Source: an uncultured bacterium (GTDB taxonomy: Bacteria; Zhuqueibacterota; QNDG01; DTFT01). From it: a stretch of DNA of 64,000 nt. Position 1 is the stretch's first letter; each line of letters starts with the position of its first letter. The translations under genes and the position numbers were made by a program. Location of the stretch: NCBI GenBank assembly GCA_963736115.1, contig CAVTNR010000017.1, positions 32,001 through 96,000 on the forward strand, in the 5' to 3' direction. Under the pieces are notes generated by a model that was not told where the DNA came from, made no database searches, and saw only the letters and a program-made list of their open reading frames with translations. Below, one piece after another: positions 1 through 12,000 of the stretch.

Positions 1-1
1 C

Positions 2-244
2 ACGGCCGAACACCTGCGGTGGATCAGCGGCCGTATCGGCGAAATGGCGTATGCCAACCCGTCCCTGATCCGCATTCAGATGGAACCCCGTCTGACGATT
101 CAGGCTTCTCCGGCCGGAACTTCTCTTCAGAGGGGTGATGACGTGAAAATTCTCTGCCCGGACTGCAGAAGAAAAGTCCGATCGGCCGGCGGGCTGGTAC
201 CGCCGGTATCCCATCCGCATTTCGTCGAAGGGAGTCCGTCATGA
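2..244 (+). CDS. 3' end of an unidentified gene, truncated by the window edge
   Basis: Frame is open from position 2 to TGA at 244 and overlaps the next ATG (ATGA at 241-244), which suggests translational coupling. Confidence 0.5.
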   Translation, partial: TAEHLRWISGRIGEMAYANPSLIRIQMEPRLTIQASPAGTSLQRGDDVKILCPDCRRKVRSAGGLVPPVSHPHFVEGSPS

Positions 245-1821
245 AGAAAAAAGTCGTTCTGGCGCATGACATGGGAACCAGCGCGGACAAGGCCGTTCTT
301 GTCACCGTGACGGGAGAGATACTCGACGCCGTTACGATGCATTATCCGCTGTCGCATCCCCAGCCCACCTGGGCCGAGCAGAATCCGGAGGACTGGTGGA
401 ACGCCGTGGGCGCGACGACCCGGGCCGTTCTCCGCAAGGCCCGCGTCAAGTCCGAGGACGTGGTGGCCGTCATTTTTTCCTCCCAGACCCAGGTGCTGGT
501 TCCGCTGGACGGGAGCGGCAAACCCCTTCGGCCCGCGATGTCGTGGCTGGACAGCCGCAGCGCGGAAATTCTCCGGGAGGAGCTCTGGACGGCTCCGAGG
601 GTGATGGGCTACCATCTGCCCCGTCTTCTGCGCTACATCCGCGTTACGGGCGGGAGCCCGGGCCAGACAGGCAAGGACCAGATCGGCAAGATTCTCTGGC
701 TGAAGCGGCATGAACCGGACGTGTTCCGCCAGGCGGCCAAGTTCGTCGATGCCAAGGATTACATCAATTTCCGCCTGACCGGATCGCTGTGCACGTCCGT
801 TGATATTGCCTATCTCTGGTGGTTCATGGATTCCCGCCGGATGCGGAACCGGTGGGATCCGAAGCTGTGCCGGCTCGGCGCCATCACACCGGACCGGCTG
901 GCAGAGATTCGCGAGAGTGTCGCCGTGGCCGGCCGCATCACCCGCCAGGCCGCCCGGCACACCGGCCTCACTGAAGGGACTCCCGTGGTGAACGGGTGCG
1001 GGGACCTGGCCGCTTCGGCGCTCGGTTCCGGCGCCCTCGGCGACGGGGAGCTGTTCCTCAACCTCGGCACCAGCGGCTGGGTCGCGGGGCACGTCGCGAA
1101 GCGAAAAATCGACATCCCGCATTACACCGGGTGTATCGGCAGCGCATGGCCGCAGAAATATTACCTCGGCATGGCGCACCAGGAAACGGCCGGCGTCTGC
1201 CTCGAATGGCTCAAGAACAAGGTGCTGTACCACGAGAAACAGCTCAAGAAGGAGAGTCAGGTCGGTTCCGTCTACGAGATCCTCGACCGGCTGGCCGAGA
1301 AAGCCGGCCCCGGCGCGGGGGGCCTGATGTTCACGCCCTGGATGTTCGGCGAAAGGTGCCCCATCGACGATGAATTTGCGCGCGCCGGACTTTACAACAT
1401 CGGGCTCAACCATTCGAGGGAACACATGGTCCGTGCGGTGTTCGAGGGCATCGCTTTCAATTCGCGCTGGGCCATGGAGACGATTGAAAAAATGTACCGG
1501 CCCGTCCCCAAGCTGAATTTCACGGGCGGCGTGGCGCAGAGCGACGTCTGGTGCCAGATCATCGCGGACGTGATGAACCGCGAGATTCACCGAGTGTCGA
1601 ATCCGCAGCAGGCGGGCGCCCGGGGTATCGCGCTTCTGGCGTCGCTGGCCATGGGTTACATCGAATCCTTCGAGTCCATCGCGAACCACATAAAAATCGA
1701 CCGGATCTTCCGCCCGAATCCATCTAATCGTCAGCTCTACGACAGGCTGTTCCGCGAATACCGGAACCTGCACAAGCAGAACAAGGGGTGGTTCAGGAGG
1801 ATGAATCAAAAAAGTTCATAG
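241..1821 (+). CDS. FGGY-family carbohydrate kinase (xylulokinase-like)
   Basis: N-terminal DMGTS..K, WAEQNPEDWW, WLDSRS, GCGDLAASALG, LGTSGW, GERCP, RAVFEGIA and GGVAQSDVWCQIIADV motifs. Confidence 0.9.
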   Translation: MKKKVVLAHDMGTSADKAVLVTVTGEILDAVTMHYPLSHPQPTWAEQNPEDWWNAVGATTRAVLRKARVKSEDVVAVIFSSQTQVLVPLDGSGKPLRPAMSWLDSRSAEILREELWTAPRVMGYHLPRLLRYIRVTGGSPGQTGKDQIGKILWLKRHEPDVFRQAAKFVDAKDYINFRLTGSLCTSVDIAYLWWFMDSRRMRNRWDPKLCRLGAITPDRLAEIRESVAVAGRITRQAARHTGLTEGTPVVNGCGDLAASALGSGALGDGELFLNLGTSGWVAGHVAKRKIDIPHYTGCIGSAWPQKYYLGMAHQETAGVCLEWLKNKVLYHEKQLKKESQVGSVYEILDRLAEKAGPGAGGLMFTPWMFGERCPIDDEFARAGLYNIGLNHSREHMVRAVFEGIAFNSRWAMETIEKMYRPVPKLNFTGGVAQSDVWCQIIADVMNREIHRVSNPQQAGARGIALLASLAMGYIESFESIANHIKIDRIFRPNPSNRQLYDRLFREYRNLHKQNKGWFRRMNQKSS

Positions 1822-1843
1822 TTCATAGTTCATGGTTCATGGT
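1813..1843 (+). repeat. Tandem heptamer repeats (GTTCATA/GTTCATG)
   Basis: agttcatagttcatagttcatggttcatggtt; the same unit occurs at 50487-50502 and inverted at 50628-50659. Confidence 0.8.
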
Positions 1844-1967
1844 TGAAAAAGTTCCGGGGTTTCGGGTTATGGGGTGGTGTCATCCCCGAAATCTTTTATC
1901 GGGGATCCAGGGGAGGGGTGGAAACACAGTTTTCAGGTTCGTGGCTGTGAGAAAAGAGTCCCCAGTT

Positions 1968-2010
1968 GTAGGTCTGAAATGGCTCGCGTTTTTCAGCGAG
2001 CCTTTCGGAC
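1968..2010. repeat. GTAG-type REP palindrome (second copy at 50502-50544)
   Basis: GTAGGTCTGAAATGGCTCGC...GCGAGCCTTTCGGAC versus GTAGGTCCGAAATGGCCCGC...GCGGGCCTTTCGGAC, with a compensatory stem change. Confidence 0.75.
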
Positions 2011-2052
2011 ATTCCTGACGTGTGCTTGACTTCAAACATTCAGGAGCCTGCA

Positions 2053-2913
2053 TTGAAAAAAACGACGATCACCGAGAATATCCGAGACTACTGCGCCGAA
2101 GGCGCGAGCTGGAGCGAAGAAATGGTGCCGGTGTCGGACGGGGTCCGGCTGCGTGTGATCACGTTCCGGCCGTCGAAACCCTCATCCGATCCCCCGGTCG
2201 TCTTTGTCGCGGGCTGGATCACGCTGATGGCGGCCTGGAAGGACGTTCTCCGTGAGATGACGAAGGACTTTACGGTTTATTATGTGGAAACGCGGGAAAA
2301 GATATCCTCCGAGGTGTCCGGACGGGTTCCGTACACGGTCGAGGCGCTCGGAAGGGATATAGACGCCTTCGTCTCGAGGCTGTCACCGGGTAACGGCCGG
2401 TATGTCCTTTTCGGAAGTTCCCTGGGCGCCACCGTGGTGCTCGATTGCGTCCGGTTTATCCGCGTCCGACCGAAATCCGTGGTCGTTGTCGGGCCGAACG
2501 CGGAGTTCCGAGTGCCCTGGTGGGGAATGATCGTTATCGCCCTGTTCTGGCCGCCGAGTTACGGGATTATGAAACGTTTCATCAAATGGTATCTGCGCAA
2601 TTTCCGCTTGGACGTGCAGAGCGACCGGGCGCAGTACGAGAAATACTGCAACAACCTGGACGCCGCGGATCCCTGGAAGCTCAGGCGTGCGGCCTGGGCG
2701 TTTTCCTCCTATAAGATCTGGGACCTGCTCCCGAAAATCGACCTTCCGGTTCTTCTGGTGTCGGCTTCAAAGGACAAGCTGCATGAGCCCGAGAACCTGA
2801 AACGAATGGCGGGATTGATCCCCGAATGTACAATGGCGGACTTCGAGACCAACAAAGGCACGCACAGCGCGGAAATGGTGCAGGCGATGAAGCGGTATCT
2901 GGAAACGATATAA
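2053..2913 (+). CDS. Alpha/beta-fold hydrolase
   Basis: GSSLG nucleophile elbow, late Asp (SKDKL) and His (GTHS); TTG start follows an AGGAG RBS. Confidence 0.8.
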   Translation: MKKTTITENIRDYCAEGASWSEEMVPVSDGVRLRVITFRPSKPSSDPPVVFVAGWITLMAAWKDVLREMTKDFTVYYVETREKISSEVSGRVPYTVEALGRDIDAFVSRLSPGNGRYVLFGSSLGATVVLDCVRFIRVRPKSVVVVGPNAEFRVPWWGMIVIALFWPPSYGIMKRFIKWYLRNFRLDVQSDRAQYEKYCNNLDAADPWKLRRAAWAFSSYKIWDLLPKIDLPVLLVSASKDKLHEPENLKRMAGLIPECTMADFETNKGTHSAEMVQAMKRYLETI

Positions 2914-2980
2914 TCCGGCTGCCACGGACGTTGCGGCGATTCGGCCGAGAGGTCTTGAGGCGACTTTTAATGGTCTGATA

Positions 2981-3070
2981 AAAAAGCCTCCAGCGGGTCT
3001 CTGAAAACCCGCGGGAGGCTTTGTCGTTTAGTTGAAACCCTCCCGGAGGCTTGAAGCCTCCGGGAGGGTT
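2981..3070. terminator. Two hairpins between convergent genes (terminator plus REP family A copy at 3036-3070)
   Basis: AAAAAGCCTCC..GGAGGCTTT and AACCCTCCCGGAGGCTTGAAGCCTCCGGGAGGGTT. Confidence 0.7.
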
Positions 3071-3074
3071 GTTC

Positions 3075-6000
3075 TCATTTCACCAGCAGCATCCTCTGCA
3101 CGGCGCGGAATCCGTCGGTCTGCATGACCGCGAAATACACGCCGCTCGCAAGGTTTGATGCATCCAGCAGGACAACATGTTCTCCCGCTGTCCGTTTGCC
3201 ATCCACCAGGACAATCGCTTCCCGGCCCCGCACGTCATAGATTCTGAGCGTGACATGCTGATCCTTCGGCAGGGCGAACCTTATCCGTGTGGACGGATTG
3301 AACGGATTCGGATAGTTATGGAACAGGGCCGCGGTCCGGGGAGCCGTGTCCGCGATGCCCTGCGGAACGGCCGGATTTCCGGTCGTGGTCCATTTTGCGG
3401 CGTGACCGCCCGTGATACCGTTTTCAAACCAGCCTTCGTTGGCGAAAGGTCCGAGCGCGGTGTCGACCGGGGTTACTGCGATCCAGTACGTGGTCCCCGG
3501 CTTGAGTCCGCTCAGATTGAACCGGGTCACGTCCCCGACGGTCACTCCCTGCAGGGGCCTGACGGCCGGAGCGAAGCGGGTGGAATCTTCCGAGTAATAG
3601 ATATGGTACTGGTTCGCAGACGGCGCCTTTTCCCACGCCACCTGCACAGTCGAGTCATTCAGTGTGAGGAAATGAACCGGCTGAGGCGCCACTCCCGCGG
3701 CAACATCCGCCCAATCCATGGCTGATGCGTAATCACCCGCGAAGAAAGACGCATAGGCCATCTGCAGACGGACCCGGACCGAATCGTGATCAACCGGGCG
3801 GAGCGCCTGCGCCCGTTCCGCCTGCATCAGGTGCAATGGCACGACCAGCCCGAGGTCGGACGCGCCCTTCCAGCCCGCGCCGGCGGCCTTCCAGAGCCGA
3901 GCCTGGTCTCGGGTGAAGCGGACGAAGCGGTGACCGTGCTCGAGAGAAGCCTCGATTTCCGTGCCGCGGTTGAAGTCGTTCCAGGACTGAATCATCACCC
4001 ACGGCATTGGCAGGGTTTCGCCTGCCTCCAGGGCTTTGCGCCAGGTCTGGATGTAGACCGCTGAATCGGACCGGTTCATGAAGCGGTCCTGCCCTTCGAC
4101 CCAGTTGCGGTCATCGAAGCCGGGCCAGACGCCACCGATCGCGAAGGTGAGCCGGTCGTTGTCCATCAGCCGGCGGGCCCTGGCGTAACTCGTGTCGAGG
4201 TAAGCTTCGCCCCAATCCGCGCCTTCCATTTCCCACCGGCCGCTGGACGTCCGGACCCGCGGGAATGCGGCTTCCGCGGCTCCGAAACCTGTGGTGTCGA
4301 GCCGGTTCCAGACGACAAAGGCGTCCTCCGGAAGAATGGCGTTCGCGGTCACCCGGAAGCGGGCCAGAGAATCCGGCAGGTCCGCTTCCACGAACAGGGG
4401 CCGGCGGGTCAGGGAACGCTGTCCCCAGTAAGCCGGATGTTCCAAGATGGAATCCGCCAGGAACACCAGATTTGAATCCCGCCTTCCAGAGGCATCTTTT
4501 CCGTAGGAGGCGGCAATACCGAAACGGAAGCCCTGCATTTCGTAGGTATTGTTCAGACGATCCGTTTCGTCGAGCAGGGCTTTGAGTGCCCTGTTTTCAA
4601 CAGAGGCCGATCCTTTCCAGTCCACAACGAATCCATCGATACCGGCCGCCCAGGCAGACAGGATCTGGTGCCGGGCAGTGACAGAGTCGGATCCGTCATA
4701 CCATCCGGCCAGGGCCGTGTCCGCGGTTCCGCCGCGGTTTTCCGGAACCCAGAAACGGAGTGTTTCCGCCGTGTATCCGGCTTTGAGCCCGGCGAGTATA
4801 GCGCGGCGGTCCGTGCCCCACGGCCGGACTGTTTTAAAACCGAAGTCGGCGTTCGTGACCGAGCCCGATCCCGGGAGGAAGAACGCGAACGGCAGATTAC
4901 GGGTCGTGCCGGTGTACCCGGGAGGCACGGTCGCGGCGTCGATTGTGATCTCGTAGTCGCCGGGAGCGACCTCATCGAACCGGTAGGAACCGTCCGGTCC
5001 GGTGACCGCGGTTGCGGCCGTGACGCCGGAGGCGGACAGCCTTACCGTCACGCCGGGCAGACCGGGTTCGCCGCCGTCCGGACGGCCGTTTCCGTTGCGG
5101 TCGTTCCAGACCAGGTCGCCCGCGCTTCCCGGAACGGCTTCCCAGGGATAGGCGAATCCGAAATTGGCGTTCATGACATGTTCGCCCGCGCCCAGTCGGA
5201 TGAAAATCCGATCCGGCGTGGTGATGCGCCAGACGCCGGACGGATCCGGGCCGTACTGGCTCGCCTGGATCACATATTCGCCGGCAGGAAGATCAGCGAA
5301 CACGAAATTACCGAAATAATTGGACTTCACGCTGTCGACCTGGACTTCCGCCTGCGCAGAGGGCCGGATGCCGGCGGTTGAACCGCGGACTGCCATTTCG
5401 ATGCGGTTCTCCTCGCGGCCTGCGCTCAGGCCCTGGTTCTGGATCACCCGGAACAGGCGCACAGCGACATAAGGCAGCATGCCTTCCATCTGACCCTTGG
5501 TCCGGTCCCAGTTGGAATCATGCCAGGTGAAGAAGCCGATGGAACCCAATCCGGTTTCATTCGACGCAAAACCGAAATCGACGGTGAGGCCGATGTCCTC
5601 AGGCAGAACGACGATTCTTGCCGGATGATTGCCCGTGGTGTTGATGGGATCGCCCGGCATTGCCGGGTCGGTCAGATCCGCGGACACATAATACACGCCC
5701 GGAGCCAGTCCCGTAAAGGAGTAGTTGCCCGAAGCATCGGTTGAATCCTCGGCCACGACATTCCCCGTGGAGTCCGAGATGACGACGGTGACGTACGGAA
5801 GAACAGGTTCTCCGCCGTTCCGGCTCGCATTCTTGTCCGCGTCGTTCCAGATGTTGCCCGTGATCGACGCCAGAACATGCGTGCCCGTGAAGTTGACGTT
5901 GGGCTTGTCTTCGGTGATACCCGTGAAACTGGAATCCGCCGGTCCGAAGGTGTAGCCGGGCTTGGAGGGCGTCACGGTCTCGTCGGAGCCGTAGGGAGCC

Positions 6001-9000
6001 TCATGGTCCCATGAGCCGTCGGAGCCCGTGATGACCGTGTCGCCATCCGCGAAGGTGATGACCACGCCCGGGATCGGGTTGCCGCCCGGATCCTTCACGA
6101 TGCCCGACAGGAGATGCCGGTTGAGTGTGCATGTGAAGTTCTGCAGAAGATGAGAACGTGAAATGCTCTCCAGTAACCGCTCAGGGGGCGTCCATCCGCC
6201 GTAACCCGTTTTCGCCGCGGTGATTGTCGTCGTGGTGCCGTGCTGGATGAGCGTGGAGTAGAACCCGAGCGAGTTGGTTGTCTCGGTGCGTCCGTCATGA
6301 GAGAAAGTGACGGTGACACCGGAGAGCGGACGACCTTCGCACATCACGAATCCGGAGACCACATAGTTTCGGAGGGTGGCGGTGAAATTCTGAACCTTGT
6401 CGGACTGCACATTCAGCCAGGTTTTCATCATCGGCGAAAAAATGTGACCTTCCTTGAGAGGCGTGATCAGAACGGTCGCGCCCTTGTTGACCGTTTTGGA
6501 ATAGGAGCCGGTCGAATCCGTGACGACGGATCCGCCGCCGCCTCCGGTGAAGGTTACTGTCACGCCGGGAACCGGAACGCCGTCCAGAGTGATGATCCCG
6601 GACAGGACGAAAGTGGTTCGGGTCGCGGTGAAATTCTGAACCTGGTCGGTGATAATATTCGTCCAGCTCTTCGAGACCGGAGTAAAGGCGTATCCGGTCT
6701 TCGTCGGTGTAACCGTCAGATTGGATCCGAAGGGAACGGACTTGGAATAGGCGCCGTCGACTCCGGTCGTCATGGATGTGCCGTCCGAGAAGCTCACCAG
6801 AACGCCGGCCAGCGGTACGCCGCCGGATGTAATCGTTCCGGAGACGAGTTTGGTGTCGAGGGTGCCCGTGAAGTTGACGTTGGGCTTGTCTTCGGTGATG
6901 TTCGTGAAACTGGAGTCCACGGGCCCGAATGTGTAACCGGGCTTGGAGGGCGTCACGGTTTCGTCGGAGCCGTAGGGAGCCTCACGGTCCCATGAGCCGT
7001 CAGAACCCGTGATGACCGTGTCGCCGTCCGAGAATGTGATGACGACTCCCGGAATCGGGTTGCCGCCCGGATCCTTCACGACGCCGGAGAGCAGAAGCTG
7101 AATGCGGACCATGCCCGCGTCCCAGGTCGAATTCGATTCACCCGGGGAGAGGAAGAATGTGACGGTTCTGCCGGTCGACACGTCCGCGTCGCTGTCAATG
7201 GCATCGTCTCCTCCCTGGTCTTGGCTGCTGAATGCGTACCCCGCGGGCAGAACGAACTCAATCCCGTACATTCCTGCCTGCAAATCAGGGAAACTGTACC
7301 GGCCTGAAGCATCGGTTGTCGTTGACCGGAAGAACCCGACGACCGCGGCAGGTGACGCGATTCTGGATTTGCCTGTCGGACTGCCGCCGCCGGCCAGGTA
7401 AAGATTGACGGTGATACCCGGAATCCCGGGCTCGGAAACGTCCTGAATTCCATCTTTGTCCAGATCGTTCCAGACAAAGTCACCGACACTGGACGGCATG
7501 GCTGTCCACTGAGCGTAGAGGGTGGCACCGGACTCGACTGAGTAGGTTCCACCAGCGGTGTAGGAGGTGCCTGAACCATCAGCAGACGTGTTCCAGCCTG
7601 AGAACGCGTAACCGGTCTTGACCAAAGTCCCCTGATCGGAAAGAGTCAGGTCAACGCCATAGGTCTTGGTCTGATCGGCAGGATCGGTTCCGCCGGTCGA
7701 GCCGTTGCCTTCATAAGTCACGGTGTACGTGTCCGCGGTCCACTGGGCGTAGAGAGTGGCTCCTTCTTCAGCGGAATACGTACCGCCAGCGGCATAGGCC
7801 GTTCCTGAACCATCCGCGGCCGTGTTCCAGCCGGAGAACGTATAACCAGTCCTGTCGAGGGTTCCCTGATCGGAGAGAGTCAGGTCAAGGCCAAAGGTCT
7901 TGGTCTGGTCAGCAGGATCGGTTCCGCCGGTCGAGCCGTTGCCTTCGAACGTGACGGTGTAGGTGTCAGCAGTCCAGATGGCAAACAGGTCAAGGTTTGC
8001 GTTGTTGGTGTAGGAGGCGGACTCGGCGTAGGAAGTTCCGGATCCGTCAGCAGCCGTGTTCCACTCGACGAAGGTATACCCTGTGCGGACCAGGGTTCCC
8101 TTGTCGCTGAGGGTCAGGTCCACGCCATGGGTCTTGGTCTGATCGGAAGGCTCGGCGCCTCCAGTGAACCCGTTTCCGTCATAGGTCACGGTGTAGGTGT
8201 CAGCAGTCCACTGGGCGTAGAGCGTGGCTCCGGACTCGACGGAGTACGTGCCGCCTGCGGAGTAAGAGGTGCCTGAACCGTCAGCGGACGTGTTCCAGCC
8301 TGAGAACGTGTAACCAGTCTTGACCAGGGTTCCCTGATCGGAGAGAGTCAGGTCAACGCCATGGGTCTTGGTCTGGTCAGCAGGATCGGTTCCGCCGGTC
8401 GAGCCGTTGCCTTCGAACGTGACAGTGTATGTGTCAGCGGTCCAGATGGCAAACAGGTCGAGGTTCGTGTTGTTGGTGTATGAGGCGGACTCGGCGTAGG
8501 AGTCTCCGGACCCGTCTGCAGTAGTGTTCCACTCGACGAAGGTATACCCTGTGCGAACCAGGGTTCCCTTGTCGTTGAGGGTCAGGTCCACGCCATGGGT
8601 CTTGGTCTGATCGGAAGGCTCGGCGCCTCCAGTGAATCCGTTTCCGTCATAGGTCACGGTGTAGGTGTCAGCGGTCCACTGGGCGTAGAGAGTGGCTCCA
8701 GACTCGACGGAGTAGGTTCCGCCTGCGGAGTAAGAGGTGCCTGAACCGTCAGCAGCCGTGTTCCAGCCTGAGAACGTGTAACCGGTCTTGACCAGGGTTC
8801 CCTGATCGGAGAGAGTCAGGTCCACGCCATGGGTCTTGGTCTGGTCAGCAGGATCGGTGCCGCCTGTGTTGCCGTTGCCTTCGAACGTGACAGTGTAGGT
8901 GTCAGCCGTCCAGATGGCAAACAGGTCAAGGTTCGCGTTGTTGGTGTATGAGGCGGACTCGGCGTAGGAGTCTCCGGACCCGTCTGCAGTAGTGTTCCAC

Positions 9001-12000
9001 TCGACGAAGGTATACCCTGTGCGGACAAGGGTTCCTTTGTCGCTGAGGGTCAAGTCCACGCCGTGGGTCTTGGTCTGATCGGAAGGCTCGGCGCCTCCAG
9101 TGAACCCGTTTCCGTCATAGGTCACGGTGTACGTGTCAGCAGTCCACTGAGCATAGAGCGTGGCGCCGGACTCGACGGAATACGTCCCGCCAGCGGTGTA
9201 GGAGGTGCCTGAACCGTCAGCAGCCGTGTTCCATCCTGAGAACGTGTAGCCGGTCCTGACAAGAGTTCCCTCATCTGAGAGAGTCAGGTCCACGCCATAG
9301 GTCTTGGTCTGGTCAGCAGGATCGGACCCGCCTGTCGAACCGTTGCCTTCGAACGTGACGGTGTAGGTGTCCAGGGTTCCAGTGAAGTCTTGATTCGGCC
9401 GATCTTCAGAAAGTTCTGCCAGCGACCGGTTGATGGGATCGAATGTGTAGCCTGTCTTAGAAGGAGTGATATCAGTCTCTGTGTTGAAGGGAACGCCGGA
9501 CTTGGAGTAGAACCCTGAAGCGTCGGTGGTGACGGTGGACCCGTCATAGGAGAACGTGACCGTGACGCCTGCCAGGGGGTTGGTACCGTCGTCAATCGTA
9601 CCGCTGATAGTGTACGCAATTTCAGTCCACTGTGCATAGAGCGTGGCTCCGGCTTCGGCGGAGTAAGTGCCGCCTGCGGCGTAAGAGGTGCCTGCGCCAT
9701 CCGCGGCCGTGTTCCAGCCTGCGAACGTGTAACCGGTCTTCACCAGGGTGCCCTGATCGGAAAGAGTCAGGTCAACGCCATGGGTCTTGGTCTGATCGGC
9801 AGGATCGGTTCCGCCGGTCGAGCCGTTGCCTTCATAAGTCACGGTGTACGTGTCCGCGGTCCACTGGGCGTAGAGAGTGGCTCCGGACTCGACTGAGTAC
9901 GTGGCTCCTGCGGAGTAAGAGGTACCTGAGCCGTCAGCAGCCGTGTTCCAGCCGGAGAACGTGTAGCCGGTCCTGACAAGAGTTCCCTCATCTGAGAGAG
10001 TCAGGTCCACGCCATAGGTCTTGGTCTGGTCAGCAGGATCGGACCCGCCTGTCGAACCGTTGCCTTCGAACGTGACGGTGTAGGTGTCAGGGGTCCAGTG
10101 AAGTCTTGATTCGGCCGATCTTCAGAAAGTTCTGCCAGCGACCGGTTGATGGGATCGAATGTGTAGCCTGTCTTAGAAGGAGTGATATCAGTCTCTGTGT
10201 TGAAGGGAACGCCGGACTTGGAGTAGAACCCTGAAGCGTCGGTGGTGACGGTGGACCCGTCATAGGAGAACGTGACCGTGACGCCTGCCAGGGGGTTGGT
10301 ACCGTCGTCAATCGTACCGCTGATAGTGTACGCAATTTCAGTCCACTGTGCATAGAGCGTGGCTCCGGACTCGACGGAGTAAGTGCCGCCTGCGGCGTAA
10401 GAGGTGCCTGAGCCATCCGCGGCCGTGTTCCAGCCGGAGAACGTATAACCAGTCCTGTCGAGGGTTCCCTGATCGGAGAGAGTCAGGTCAACGCCATAGG
10501 TCTTGGTCTGATCAGCCGGATCGGTTCCGCCGGTCGAGCCGTTGCCTTCATAAGTCACGGTGTACGTGTCCGCGGTCCACTGGGCGTAGAGAGTGGCTCC
10601 GGACTCGACTGAGTACGTGGCTCCTGCGGAGTAAGAGGTGCCTGAACCGTCAGCGGACGTGTTCCAGCCTGAGAACGTGTAACCGGTCTTGACCAGGGTT
10701 CCCTGATCGGAGAGAGTCAGGTCCACGCCATGGGTCTTGGTCTGGTCAGCAGGATCGGTGCCGCCTGTGTTGCCGTTGCCTTCGAACGTGACGGTGTAGG
10801 TGTCCAGGGTTCCAGTGAAGTCTTGATTCGGCCGATCTTCAGAAAGTTCTGCCAGCGACCGGTTGATGGGATCGAATGTGTAGCCTGTCTTAGAAGGAGT
10901 GATATCAGTCTCTGTGTTGAAGGGAACGCCGGACTTGGAGTAGAACCCTGAAGCGTCGGTGGTGACGGTGGACCCGTCATAGGAGAACGTGACCGTGACG
11001 CCTGCCAGGGGGTTGGTACCGTCGTCAATCGTACCGCTGATAGTGTACGCAATTTCAGTCCACTGTGCATAGAGCGTGGCTCCGGACTCGACGGAGTAAG
11101 TGCCGCCTGCGGCGTAAGAGGTGCCTGAGCCATCCGCGGCCGTGTTCCAGCCGGAGAACGTATAACCAGTCCTGTCGAGGGTTCCCTGATCGGAGAGAGT
11201 CAGGTCAACACCAAAGGTTTTGGTCTGATCGGCAGGATCAGTGCCGTCGGTGTTCCCGTTCCCATCATAGGTGACGGTATACGTGTCAGCAGTCCACTGT
11301 GCATAGAGCGTGGCGCCTTCTTCAGCGGAATACGTACCGCCAGCGGCATAGGCCGTTCCTGAACCATCCGCAGCCGTGTTCCAGCCAGAGAACGTGTACC
11401 CGGTCTTCACCAAAGTTCCCTGATCGGAAAGAGTCAGGTCAACGCCGAACGTCTTGGTCTGGTCGGCAGGATCGGTTCCGCCGGTCGAACCGTTGCCTTC
11501 GAACGTGACAGTGTAGGTGTCAGCCGTCCAGATGGCAAACAGGTCGAGGTTCGTGTTGTTGGTGTAGGAGGCGGACTCGGCGTAGGAAGTTCCGGATCCG
11601 TCAGAAGCAGTGTTCCACTCGACGAAGGTATATCCTGTGCGGACCAAAGTCCCCTTGTCGCTGAGTGTCAGGTCCACGCCATGGGTCTTGGTCTGATCGG
11701 AAGGCTCGGCGCCTCCAGTGAATCCGTTTCCGTCATAGGTCACAGTGTAGGTGTCAGCGGTCCACTGGGCGTAGAGAGTGGCTCCAGACTCGACGGAGTA
11801 GGTTCCGCCTGCGGAGTAAGAGGTGCCTGAACCGTCAGCAGCCGTGTTCCATCCGGAGAACGTGTAACCGGTCCTGACGAGAGTCCCCTCGTCGGAGAGA
11901 GTCAGGTCAACGCCATAGGTCTTGGTCTGATCAGCCGGATCGGTTCCGCCGGTGGAGCCGTTTCCATCATAGGTGACGGTATAGGTATCGGCGGTCCACT

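Noticed and set aside
127-1809. 560-aa minus-strand ORF and other long antisense ORFs (e.g. 27074-29161, 22346-23701, 38156-39628)
   Set aside because: Shadow ORFs opposite well-supported genes, expected in high-GC DNA; no recognisable motifs.
3075-10010. Independent 2311-aa gene
   Set aside because: Begins mid-repeat with no signal peptide or RBS; better explained as the continuation of the upstream ORF.
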